From positions 806,001-870,000 of the forward strand of contig CBFFRQ010000013.1 of the NCBI GenBank assembly GCA_965644315.1: a DNA stretch of 64,000 nucleotides, given 5' to 3'. The position numbers were made by a program, and so were the translations under genes. Within the stretch, counting starts at the first letter, position 1. The number at the start of each line of letters is the position of its first letter. This document shows, piece by piece, positions 46,401-57,796 of the stretch. This stretch comes from Caecitellus pseudoparvulus (Eukaryota > Protista > Bigyra: Bicosoecida). The notes beneath the pieces are model-generated. The model was not told where the DNA came from. It saw only the letters and a program-made list of their open reading frames with translations, and searched no databases.

Positions 46401-46948
46401 TGACCTCCAACCCAGACCCGGCGTCGGAGGCCCGGGGCTGGGTGCTCATGGAGCTCTGCCTGTCTTCCTTCCCCCCCTCAGAGGAGCTGGAGAACTTCAT
46501 CGAGGCCGAGCTGCGCCAGCGCCAGGCCTTACGTGCCATCCGGGTCTTGCACACGACCTTGTATCGCGGGCCTAGGTCCCTGCCCCCCTCCCTCGAAGAG
46601 ATCTCACAGGCCCTGGAGGAGGCCGGCGCGCCACCCCTGCCGGCGTACACACCCAGCAGCGCTGGCAAGCCGTCCCCCGCCCGCTCCACCTCGGCGCGCC
46701 TGCCGTCACCGTCCCCTGCCAGCCCCCCCAAGCCAGCTGGTGCGGCGGCGGCATCAGCACCCTCGCCCACTGCCCGGCCTGGTGCGCCCGTCGAGCGCAA
46801 GCCCGCTGCCCCCGCCGGAGCAGGCCCCGTCTTCTCCCCCGTTACAACGGGTCCTGGCCCACGGCCCGGCGGCCCTCGCCCTGCACGACCGGCACCTGCG
46901 GGTGGCAGCCGGCTGTCGGGGCTGACGAGCAGCTTGGGTGACTACTGA
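37458..46948 (+). CDS. Unconventional myosin: SH3-like N-terminus, motor, one IQ, long repeat tail, MyTH4, Pro-rich end
   Basis: GESGAGKT, NNNSSRFG, DIFGFE, YVRCIKPN, IQ-like LQRTVRGFFGR, MyTH4 (RDEALIQVTKQLTSNP...GWVLMELCLSSFPPS). Probable micro first exon 37458-37470 and intron 37471-37721. Confidence 0.96.
40620..45520 (+). repeat. 13 tandem ~104-aa protein repeats in the myosin tail
   Basis: Recurring consensus L..AL..G...G.VG.L....VD...L..AI..A..LG.KT..A..L...A....LR......W...E......E.DN. Unit ends are spaced 312, 312, 318 and 312 nt apart between 43940 and 45194. Confidence 0.9.
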
Positions 46949-47501
46949 GCACCTCGTGTGTGAAAGACTTTCCTGTTCACGGCCTGCCCCGGGCTCCCTC
47001 TGCACTCCCTTGCCGGCACACGTTGCCGAATGGGTGGGGAGCCATAGTGGAGGACTTGCCGTACCCCCCCCCTCGTGTTCAATGCACTTCCGAACAAAGC
47101 CTTCAAGCTTGCCGGTGCAACAAGTTTCGCCATTTCTGGCCAGCCTGAGACCTGTACAATGAGGACGATGCCCGAGGTCACGAGCCACGGCCTGACCTAA
47201 ACAGCCTTCCCCGCCACCCTGTGGCGGCCTGCAGCACGGCACGTGACGGGGGGAGGACATCCCCACCCCTCACCCCCCCTAGTACACCCCTGCCACAGCT
47301 GCACATCTAGCGAAAGCACTCGCGACACCAGAACCCCCAGCGCAGTGCGCAGGTCCCAGCAAAACCAACCGACCCAACATACGATCGCACACATGCCAAA
47401 CGCGTATGAATCAAATCATTTGTACATTGATCCAGCTTATAGCCCAGCCACAGTCACAGCAGTGGCGAGGTGAGGTTGTCTGGACACACCAAGGTAGGAC
47501 C

Positions 47502-48925
47502 ATGGCAGACCAGCAAACACACCAGCACACATCACGATGGGCGCCAAGATTTTGGATTCCTGAGGCACTTGTAGCATTGCAGGAGCTGCAGGCGGCCGGT
47601 GTTCAGGCGGCGTTCGAAGATGCAGTCGGAGCGGTGGATATCGGCGGTGTGGGCCTGCGCGTGGATGGAGCTGTAACGCGCCGCGAGCCTGGCGAGGAGC
47701 ACGATACACTATACTCGAGTGATGGCCGTGAGTATGACGGAGCTGCGCAAGGTGGTGTGTTGGTTGCACGAGACGCACGTGATCGCTTTCCCTGCAGTGC
47801 GCAAGTATTCGTTGAGTAGGGTGCTCATTGATCCGATGATGGGGAAGATGTACGCCGGTACACGACTGACGAGAAAGACAGAGGACGCAGCATGGAGGCA
47901 GGACGGTGAGGTCGCTGTCAAGGCTCTACTAAAGGAGTGTGTGCTGCTGAGGCGGAGGATGGACAATGGGCACGAGATTCCACAAGAGGATGCGCTAAAG
48001 GAGATGGCCGTCATGCAGCGCATCCACGGACATGCTCACCTCATGGGTGCACTGGACGTGCTTGAGGATGCAGAGAACGTGTTCATGGTCATGCCGTACG
48101 GAGGCAGTGAGTCGCAGGGTTTTGTGGGGTGTGTGGCGAACGCATGGCAGCACTGCAAGCCCACCGTTCCCATTTGCAGCTGACCTTCTCGACACCATCA
48201 TTGTCATGCCAGTGCACCATATGGAGGAGGTGGTCAAGAGCATATTCCGCCAAATCGTGCAGGGCGTGTGCCACTTGCACGAGCAGGGCTTTGTGCACCG
48301 TGACCTGTCACTGGAGAACGTCGTCGTCGCGGATGACGGGGAGGGTGGCTTCACCGCCCGCGTCATTGACTTTGGGGCGGCATGGGCCATGCCACTTCCT
48401 AAATACGGTCCAGCACCTGGCGTGAGCATTGGTAAGGTGGGCTACTATCCGCCTGAAGTGTACCATAGAAAGGAGGTGGCCGACGCGCGGGCCATCGATG
48501 CGTGGGCATTGGGTGTGATGTTGTTCCTGATGCTCTTTAGAACACCTCTTTACGAAAAGCCCGTGGCAGGTGATGGATACTTCAATTCTCTACTTAATGG
48601 TGCCTTGCCTGAAGCCATCCGGAGATCGAAGCACTTGGCAGGGCTGGCAAGTGAGCAGGCTGTGGACCTCATTCACCAGCTGTTGAACGTGGATCCTGCT
48701 GCGCGCCTTGCCTGTGGCGAGATCCTGGGCCATCCGTGGCTGAAAGAGGGACAGGATGGTCCTGTGGGTGATGGAGCAGCTGAGGCAAGTGCAGGTGGGG
48801 CTGGCGGTGATGCCTTTATTGATGGGCATGACACCGCTCCCCACGTAGCGGGTGCTGCAATGCCTCACACTGCTTCTGTTGAACGTAGCGAGTCAGCCGA
48901 CGTTGACTTGAGCTTGCAACCATGA
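47502..48925 (+). CDS. CAMK-like Ser/Thr kinase (HRDLSLEN type), multi-exon
   Basis: VAVK, EDALKEMAVMQ, HRDLSLEN, IDFG, GKVGYYPPE, DAWALG; introns ~47752-47798 and ~48107-48179. Confidence 0.88.
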
Positions 48926-49266
48926 TGTTAGCATGCTAAGTGAGTGAGATCAGATATGTATGACCAAGAGCACGAATTATCGAGCAAATACAGGTCCAAC
49001 GCATGGTCACGTGTCAACTTTGGGGGATACTCGCTGCACTTTCGGGTTCGCACATCCCTGCCACTCATCAAAACTCACATCTCTTCAACTACTTCTCTCC
49101 ACCAACAGTAACACCCCAGTCTGATTCTCAACAGCCTCAAGCCGCCTTCCGGTCCCACTGCTAACGTGAGCGAGCAGGCCACTGCCACACCAGCACCGCG
49201 ACACCCCGCAGCTGTGCACTGCCTTGTCCCCGCCTCACAGGCTTGCACCCTACACACCTTTACATC

Positions 49267-49946
49267 ATGGCTGCTTCCTCCGTCAAGGCAGCGATGGACT
49301 CCGCCATCGCCGACGTGAGTTTGGAAGTCGCACCCGCCTTCCATAGCAGGGATTCCCTGCGGAATTTGTTCACACGCTGCAGCCTAGCTCCAGTCCCGGC
49401 GTATCCAACCCCCACACTGCATGGCACACCACAGAACAAGGTCTTTGTTGTCAGCAAGAGCTTCTGCCCCTACTGCACGAAGGTGCGTCACAAGGCCTGC
49501 GGCGCTGGCGCGTGCTTCGCTTTCGCGGTGGTGACATCACCACGCCTCCATCTCAAGCGCAGGCGAAGACCGCCCTCAGCTCCCTGACATCCGACTACAC
49601 GGTCATGGAGATCGATGGGTATGTGCTGTACAGCCTGCATGCACCCTGCGCACGGGCCTGGCATGCTCACGTTGCTGGCGCACGCACTGCACAGTGACCG
49701 CAACATGGCTGCCATCCAAGACTACATGAAGGACATCACTGGTGCACGCTCCGTGCCCCGCGTCTTCATGTAAGTGCTGGCGTGGCTTCGAGTGTGCCAT
49801 GTGCGCGTCACGCCCCTGCAAGCACTGCGTTGACCCTGCACAGTGGCGGCGAGTTCCTGGGCGGCGGCAGCGAGACCGAGGCGGCGCTGGCGAACGGCAC
49901 CCTCAAGGCCAAGCTGACGGCTGCCGGCGTGACCCTGAAGAAGTGA
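49267..49946 (+). CDS. Dithiol glutaredoxin (CPYC), 5 exons
   Basis: Spliced: ...VFVVSKSFCPYCTK...TGARSVPRVFIGGEFLGG... Confidence 0.92.
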
Positions 49947-49982
49947 GGGGCAATGCATTCGGCCACTTGTCGTCCCGCTGCG

Positions 49983-51792
49983 TCACATGACCAGGGCCAG
50001 CGGCACGCAGGGGTGGCAGAGCACCTTTAGGGACTCTCCCCGCAACATGGTGTCATTGGTCATGACGCGAGGGAGTGCTGGCAGCGGGGGCAGTTTGCGC
50101 CGCCGCAGGGCATCCACGGAGGCTGACGTCACACGGTGCAGTGCCCTCCCTCCGAGGGGCAGGGAGGAGTCTGCATGCAACACGGTGAGCCGTTTCGCCC
50201 CCGGATCAAGCGTGAGCGTGAAGGCGATGCGGCGCACCGTGGATGCTTGGGGGACGGCGGGGGGCCGGGCGCCACTGGCGATGGACAGAGCCGCACTCAC
50301 CGTCCTTGGTTCGTGGGTGGGCCCGCTGATCGCCCGCCAGCTGTCGCGTTGGCGCCGAGGGATGGGCCAGCGGGGTGCCGGGCGCTGTGGGGAGTAAATG
50401 CCCGACAAGTGCTGGGCGTCGGTGCTCTCCTGGCTGCTGGGCAAGGCAGCGGCCTGGGCTGCTCCCTGCACGGCCTTTGGTCTCCAGACACGTCGGCGCC
50501 TGCGACGTGCCACAGACTTCAGCTGGCCCACCACTGCGCGAGCGCTGGCTGCTTGTCTGTGCCGTGCCTCTGGCGAGAGAGGCACGTCAGCGTCCTCATC
50601 CTGCTCCCCGAACCCTGCCAGGCGCTGTGGCGACTGCACAAACCCCGCCAGCACGGCCGGAGCCAAGTGGGTGCTTCTGGTGAAGGTTTCCGGCAGGGGT
50701 GCGCCTGTGTACGGCACGCTCCAACGCAGCGTGCAGTCACCCTCCTCGGTCGACACCTCCATGTCAGGGGGGGGTGGGCCCAGCAACGCGCCAGCCGCCA
50801 TGTACACGTCCATGACTAAGTGTATGAGGACCCTGGGCAGCTGGCCTGACCTGCCGCCGCTCGCTGCAACGATGCGCAGGTCATACTCTCTGGGGGTTTC
50901 ACCCAAAGGCAGCAAGGTTTCGGCAGTGGGGGTCGCCTCCAACCTGGTCCAGCGAAAGACTTGCAGCGTTGCCTGGGCATCCTGTGGCGATGCGGGGCGC
51001 GCGGCGCGAACGCGTTGCTCCAAGAAGGCCATGGTTGCCTTCAGTTTGCGGTGGTTCAGAGGGCGGTGGGAGCCTCCCTTCGCCAGCTCCAGCTCCACGA
51101 CATCCAGCCCGTCTCCCCGGTTCAGGACCAGGTGCAAGCGTGAGGGGCTCGCAAAGCACCCAAAAGGGCAGGGGCGGGGGTGGGGAAAGGCGACTTCGTA
51201 TGTGGTGTGCCAGGCGGGCAGCTGTGGCGGGGGGCCAGGTGTCTCCGCCGCCTCAGTCACACGCACCACGGTGAGCCTGTAGGTTCGCACTTCAAGTTCC
51301 GGTTCCCAGCGGGCGTGTGCGACGAGCCAGTCGCCGTTGGCAACGCTCCAAACCTGCAGGCGCAAAGTGTCAGGGGCATGTCGCAGGAAGTGCAGCTGTT
51401 TGCCGCTGAAGAGTGGCGTCTTGCTGTGCAAAGTCACGTGTGGCGTGGGGCACGTGTGTACGCGCCACAGGTACAGCTCGTAGGTGGGCGAACTTGTGCT
51501 GCGGTAAGTGACTGCGGGGAAGGTAGGAACAGTCGGCGCAGGCGTGCGCGGCTGGCTGTCGGGGCTCCCCGTGCGCCTCAAATGCACCTGCGCACTTACC
51601 CAGCAGGCCAGAGCGTGTGAAGCCCAGCAAGACACATTGCCGCAGCGGGCTGTCGTGTTCAGGAGCCAGGGAGGAAATGGGAATCAGACACCGCTGAGGG
51701 ACAAACTTGTAGCCTGGGTGGGCGCCTCTGATGCCGCAGCGGCGCAGCTTCAGTCGGTGCAGAATGCTGCGAGCGGCGATGTGGCGTTTCAT
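49983..51792 (-). CDS. DCAF15-like protein (putative CRL4 substrate receptor)
   Basis: Spliced (intron 51599-51512): LLGFTRSGLLVTY...YELYLWRV...PLFSG resembles the DCAF15 N-terminus; C-terminus MTNDTMLRGESLKVLCHP. Confidence 0.6.
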
Positions 51793-52042
51793 GCCTGGCT
51801 CGGTGAAACGCCAGCCAGGGCCAGGCCAACTGTGTCACAAACAGAAACCGCCCCTTCTCAAAACCTGCCACACTCCCTCCCAGCCCCCACTTTCCGGTAC
51901 AAGTCTGTGCGCTGTGCACCCCTCAGACGTGCGTCGTTTGAGCAGGCGCCGCCTCTGCTGTACCCGCGGCGTTGCACCAGGCATCTTCACCAGTCGTCGT
52001 CTGTTCAACGCTCACGCACACGTGCCGCCCCTTCAGTCCACC

Positions 52043-52645
52043 ATGGCAGGCGACGGGCGCTACAGGTACAATGCCCTCTTCCACCATGCCAAGGCGCAGT
52101 TCTCTGCTGTCATCGCGGAGGAGCTGCAGCGCTTGTGCGCCACGAAAGGGTTGACGGAAGCGCAGGCCTTCCGTGAGCTGCTTCGCACGCTGCCCCTGCA
52201 GCAGGCGCAGGTGCCCGCTCATGAAGTGCAGAGCATGTGCCGAAACTTCAACTTGTCAAAGCCAGCTGGCGCTCTCAGCTTCGCCCTGCGCCCGGCGGTG
52301 TCTGCAGCCTCGGCAGCTGCTCAGGGTTGTGCTGCAACAACTGTGCAGCACTTGTGCTCCTCTTTGCGCGTGGCGGCTGACAGCGCCGCTGGAACCTCTG
52401 CAGACGGAAGTGTCGACGATGAGGCAGCTTCTTCGCCGCCACCTCACGTCAAGGACGCCAAGGCGGCGGCAGCAGACCCTCGGAAGCGGACTCGTGCAGC
52501 AAATTCCGCTGCTGGCCCGACCGAGACTTCCGCCGTGGGGGATGCCGCAGAGCCTGCCCAGACTGCCAAACGCGCTCGGAGGGTGTCTGCACCTCGAACC
52601 CCTGCTGGGGGGCCCGTCTCAGTCCCTGCCTCCCCGTCCACATAG
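52043..52645 (+). CDS. Hypothetical protein (~200 aa), helical N-terminus and basic tail
   Basis: ATG in CACCATGG context, coding-like composition, KRTR/KRARR motifs. Confidence 0.55.
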   Translation: MAGDGRYRYNALFHHAKAQFSAVIAEELQRLCATKGLTEAQAFRELLRTLPLQQAQVPAHEVQSMCRNFNLSKPAGALSFALRPAVSAASAAAQGCAATTVQHLCSSLRVAADSAAGTSADGSVDDEAASSPPPHVKDAKAAAADPRKRTRAANSAAGPTETSAVGDAAEPAQTAKRARRVSAPRTPAGGPVSVPASPST

Positions 52646-53108
52646 TGTTCCGGACCTGCCGCTGTGGTTCTCGAAGTTGCTCGTGCCAAGGACGCTTCCG
52701 GCTCCTGCAGGCGCCGAGCGCGCACCACGGATCCCGTGGACGACGGCAGTTGCAGCCACAGTGATCAACAGCACATGGCCATGTCCACTCTCGCTTCTCT
52801 CCCCAGGCCGCCCTCCCGACGGTGGCCGTGTTGCAAATGCACTCACTGGTGCACCCACGAGCCAGCACCCCCCCTCACCAAGCACACGAGTTTCCCTGCA
52901 AATGCAGCACGTTCAGGCTGTGCACAATCCAAACACAATACAGGCAAGCCCTCAACACCCCTGAACTGCCTCGCACAGCTCCCAGGTCTGTTCGCTGCCC
53001 AAGGGAAGTGGTTCCCTGCGCGCCGCATCTCCCGCTGCGCCGGCAGCTTCTCCTCACGACCCCTGGGATAAACAGGGCGCACCAGAGGGTGTACCTTCCT
53101 GCATTACA

Positions 53109-54724
53109 ATGGCCTCTACTGCACCTCCCAGCAACGTGCAGGTGATTGGCATTTGCGGAGGACGTAAGGCGGAGCGGCCCTGCTGCACTGCACTTTACCA
53201 CTGCACCACGCCGTGCCTGTCGCGCCAACACACAGTGGCCAGTGGCAAAAGCACAGTCGGGCACCTTCTTCGAGAGAAGGGGTTTATCGTCATTGATGCA
53301 GACAAGCTCGGGCATGCAGTGTGCGTGGCCTGCCAGCGGCGTCGCCCGCAGGCCATGGCTCACTCCCCGCTCGCCACACGTGCAGGTACGCGCCAGGCCA
53401 AACTGCGCACTCTGAGCTGGTGCAGGCGTTCGGGGAGGACATTCTGGCGGAAGACGGCAGCATCAACCGCAAGGTGCTGGGTGGCAAGGTCATGGGGGAC
53501 GCCGCTGCCCTGGACACACTGCAAGGCATTGTCTGGCCACGAATTGAAGGCGCGTTCCACAGTGCCGTGGCTGCGGCAGCCAGCGCCCTGCCAGAGGGCA
53601 GCGCAGGTGAAGGGGACTCCAAGCCAACCCTGTTTGTGGAAGCAGCTGTGCTGTTGAAGGCTGGCTGGGCTGACTCCTTCAGCAGTGTGTGGGGCGTGGT
53701 GGTGTCGGCCGACACGGCCTTGCAGCGCGCAGTGGGGCGGGGCATGCAGCGCGACCGTGCCCAGGCAGTCATGAAGAAGCAGGACTCTGTGGACACGGTG
53801 CGGGCAGCAGTGCAGACGACCATCTCGAACGATGGCGGCTTGGCCGAGCTGGAGGAGGCAGTGGCTGAGGCGCTGCGTGGTGCGGGGGCGGCTCCCCTGC
53901 CCCAGGCAGCTGCCGACGCGGTGCTGGCGACGTCACGCGGCGCCGCTGACGCAGGCAGTTCCCAGGACCTCATCACGCACGTGGATGAGGCGGACAATGT
54001 CGTGGGCAGTGTGCGCAGGTGGCGCATGCGGCAAGGCCGCCTGTGGCACCGGGCGACATACATCTACGTGCGGCGCAGCAGCGGCAAGTTGGTGGTGCAG
54101 AAGCGCAGCATGCAGAAGGACTTCTGCCCAGGGCAGTGGGACGTGCCCACGGGGGGCGTGGTGGACGCTGGGGAGGAGTGGATGCCGGCTGCCGCGCGGG
54201 AGCTGGAGGAGGAGCTGGGCATTCCCGCCGACAAGGCGTTCCTGTCCTGGTGCTTCAAGTTCAAGTACGAGAGCGAGCTGGCGCGGTGCTGGTGTGGCGT
54301 GCTGGACTGCGTGTGGGATGGGCCCATCCGGCGGCAGGAGTCTGAAGTGGACGCCGTGGCGGAGCTGCGGCCAGACCAGATCCACTCGGCACGCAGCAAG
54401 GGCATGACCTTCACCGCCGACGGCATGTACGGGCTGAAGATGTACGAGGAGTGGGTGTCCCGGGGCCGCCCAGCCACCATGCGCACGATGCCTGGGAACC
54501 TAGAGTACGTGCAGTGGGCCGACCGCCAGAACGGCGATGTTGGCGGGTCGGCGCTGCAGGAGACGCCTTCGCAGGCGGGAGCAGGTACCCCCCGCTCCAC
54601 ACGCTCAGCTGTGCCGTGGTTGCAGGTGGGCATCATCAGTGGCGTGGTTGTTGCGGGCCTGGCGTTTCTCGCCTGGCGACAGCAGTCGGCTAAGCCAGCC
54701 AAGCAGGGACCAGGCAAATCTTGA
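53109..54724 (+). CDS. Dephospho-CoA kinase / Nudix hydrolase fusion with C-terminal TM anchor
   Basis: Introns 53164-53235 and 53321-53385 give IGICGGLASGKST...IDADKLGH...EAAVLLKAGW; Nudix box GGVVDAGEEWMPAAARELEEELGI; terminal hydrophobic helix. Confidence 0.88.
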
Positions 54725-55137
54725 GCTGCCCCCGCCCGCGAGGGCATGCGTTGCACCTGAGTGGCAGCAGGCAGCACGCTGCACAATGCAAATGCCGCAC
54801 GAGGACTGCTGCCTGCGCAGTCCGCCGCCTCTGCTGCCGCCGCATGTGTTTGCCACCCAGCTCTGCTCCTGCTCAGGCCGCGCCTGGCCCGACACCAACA
54901 CAGCTGGTGCACGGGCACTTCCGCGCACGGAGTTCTGAGGGGGGAAGGCTCGCCAAGCGACGCCCACTCCATCGGAAGGCAGCCAATAGTCGGTTTCTTT
55001 GCCGAGCCTGCCGCCGCCGTTTCTAAAACGGCCTGTTGCGCCCCAAAACGCTGTGGTGCAGCCGCCGTCTTCCCTCACACCTGGCCTCGCTGCCCTCGCT
55101 CGCCCGCGGAACCAGCGCACCACCGGCTTCCACAAGT

Positions 55138-56792
55138 ATGCCACGAGACACCAACACCAAGCGTTGGTCGAAGGAGGTGCGGGAAGTGCTGTGCATGGGC
55201 GCCTGCGCCGCGTTGGCGTGCGCAAGAGAAGCGTGCCTCAAACCCCGCACACGCATCGTCTGACGCAGGAGGACCTGGCCCTGCGAGCCATCGTCAAGCA
55301 GTGGCAACTGAATGGAGACAACGAAGGCAGGGCCAAGTGGCCTGCCATTGCTGACGAGTTGAATGCTCGCACCGGCATCGAGCGCGCTCCCAAGCAGTGC
55401 CGTGAGCGGTACAAGAATGTCGTTGCGGATGGCGTTGTGGTGGGGCAGTGGACGGAGAGCGACGACGCCGTCATCCTGCAGCGCCACACGGAAGTGGGCA
55501 ACAAGTGGGTCAAAATCGCGCAGTTCCTGGCTGGGCGCCCCGAGAACAGCGTCAAGAACCGCTACCACTCTCTCCTCCGGCGGGCGCTGAAGGGGGACCA
55601 GTACCCCATCCAAGTCGCGAAGCAAGCCGGCGGCACGGCCTTCCTGGCTGCAGTGGAGCTCAAGCTGGCAGGCGGCGCAGGTGGCGCAGGTGCCGGCGGC
55701 GCCAAGGGGTCCCGCGCCGCTGGGCGTGGCACCAAGCGGCGGCGTGCTGGGGCCAGCACCAGTGCGAGTGCCGCCGGCGCCGCTGCCGCGAAGATGCCGT
55801 CCCTCGGCGTGGGTGGGCGGGGCAGCCTGCCAGGCATGATGCCAGGCATGTCTGGGGGCATGTTCACCACCGGCATGCCGTCCCACGCCCACAGCATGTT
55901 CATGCCGCTGCACGGGATGCAAGGGGACGCCGGGGGCAACATGCTGGTGTCGGGGGGGCCGCACACCTTCAACGACATCGCCACGGCCACTGTCGCCGCC
56001 ATGCAGGCCGCCGCCGCCATGCAGGAGAGCCTGGTCAGCATGAACACCGAGACGCAGATCGCCATGATCGCAGCCGCCATGACCGGGTCCCCAGACGTGG
56101 ACCCAGCCGTGCAGGACCAGCTGCGCCGCTCAGAGGACCTGTGGAAGGGCCTGCTGTCCAGCACCGCCAGCATGGGCGGCATGAAGGGGTACCACGGCAG
56201 CCTGCCTGGGTACCCCATGCTGGCTGTCCCGCCCACCAGCGCTGCTGGGCCGGTGCCAGTGTCGGCAGCGGCCATCCCCGCTCCGGCAGGTGTTTCCGCA
56301 GGCATGCCGGGGCCAGTGCACTTGGCTGTTTCCACAAGCGACTCGGCCCAGGCGGCGTCTGTGCCTGGGGTGACGGTGGCGTCCCAGGCGCCGGCCGGCC
56401 TGTCCAGTGCACCCCCCGTCGTGTCGGCGCCGGCCGCCGCCCCCACCTCAGGCGCCCAGCAGCACCTGGTGCGCGACCTCATGGGGCGGGACCTCACCAT
56501 CAGCATCCCCAACATGGCTTCGGGTGGTCCCGGGTTGCCCGGCTCCATGGGCTTCCAGTTGCCGGGCGGGCCGCTGTCTTCCGCCGGCTCACCCATGTTC
56601 ATGTTTTCGCCCTCCAACGGCCCCTTCGGCGTGATGGGGCTGGGAGGAGGTGGGCCCACCAGCACGCGCTCGGATGGCATGGGCATGGGCGGCGACAGCC
56701 TGGCTGCCACCGGCACACCCACAGCTTTTCTCGTGGGCTTGCAGGGGGGAGGCGAGGGGGACGCCGCCGCCCCCGCGCCCTCTGCCCAGTGA
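55138..56792 (+). CDS. R2R3 Myb-domain transcription factor, 2 exons
   Basis: KRWSKE|EDLAL (intron 55177-55268), RAPKQCRERY, WTESDD, GNKWVKIAQFLAGRPENSVKNRYH. Confidence 0.92.
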
Positions 56793-56837
56793 CACACAAA
56801 CACGAATGCATACATTGTTCGCAGGCCCAGGAGTCCG

Positions 56838-57698
56838 TCAGGCTGGTGGCGCCCCTGCGCCACCAGCCTTGGCCAAGGCCCCCCTATACCGCGCAAAGTC
56901 GTCCCCTGCCCCAGCCAGCCCGGCATCGGGGGCGGCGTCTGGGACGACGGCTGCCTTGAGGCGTGTCACCAGCACGGCAGCAGCGTGGGCCATGCTGGCC
57001 AACTCCTCGTCGCCGGCAGCCTGCGCGTGCTGCTGCACGGCTTGGGCGATGGCGAGGGATTCGTCCAGTCGCCCGCTGTGCAGTGCGATGTACACGAAGT
57101 GCATGTGCACGCGGGCGTACAGGGCGGGGTCGCCTAGAGCACGGGCCACGGCAAGTTGTCGAGAAGCCAAGGCCTTGGCTGCATCTAGGTGGCCGCACAG
57201 GAAGTGCCCACCGCCCAGTGTGGACACCATGGCGTTGGTGTGCAGCAACGCTTGCTTGCGAGCCACGAGGCGCATGAGGCGCTTGCCGAACACCTCCCCT
57301 GGCCCTGCCACCATGAGCCGGGCAGACACAGCCAGGGCAGAGGAAGGTAATGTGCGCATTTCGCACACTGTCACACTGGGTGGGTGGTGGAGCACGAGGG
57401 GGGGGAAGGCTGCCGACGACGCCGTGCTGGGCGAAGCCAGGAACCGCAACGCAGCCTCGCAAATGGCTGCTGAGGCATCCTCCGGAAAGCCAGCTGATGC
57501 CAGGCACTGAAGTACATCACGCGAGTCAGCACTCCTCTGCTCCTCGTGTCCGGGGCTACTCACGAGCATGTGGAAGCGGCCTTGCTCCGGCTCGGCTTCC
57601 AGCACGCATTCGATTTCCGCACATGCCTCGTCAGGGCGATCGGAGTCCTTGGCCTCCTCACCAGGGGGGTGTGCAAGCTTCGACCCCGAGCTCGCCAT
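56838..57698 (-). CDS. DUF4807-like hypothetical protein
   Basis: NAMVSTLGGGHFLC...ALASRQLAVARALGDP...RVHMHF motif recalled from this family. Confidence 0.6.
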   Translation of the reverse strand: MASSGSKLAHPPGEEAKDSDRPDEACAEIECVLEAEPEQGRFHMLVSSPGHEEQRSADSRDVLQCLASAGFPEDASAAICEAALRFLASPSTASSAAFPPLVLHHPPSVTVCEMRTLPSSALAVSARLMVAGPGEVFGKRLMRLVARKQALLHTNAMVSTLGGGHFLCGHLDAAKALASRQLAVARALGDPALYARVHMHFVYIALHSGRLDESLAIAQAVQQHAQAAGDEELASMAHAAAVLVTRLKAAVVPDAAPDAGLAGAGDDFARYRGALAKAGGAGAPPA

Positions 57699-57796
57699 GG
57701 AATCTTATATACCCACAGTGGAGAGTGGGTTGGCACTAGAGCTCATGCATGGCAATCGCGTGAAGGGCAGGGTTCTATGATTTGGGATGTCAGAAG

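Noticed and set aside
38915-46800. Long antisense ORFs (e.g. 916 aa and 599 aa) opposite the myosin, and similar shadows elsewhere
   Set aside because: Expected from high GC3 codon bias; no recognisable domains.
46949-47500. Intergenic stretches checked for tRNA, snRNA or CRISPR-like arrays (also 48926-49266 and 52646-53108)
   Set aside because: No cloverleaf, T-loop, Sm-site context or regularly spaced repeats seen.
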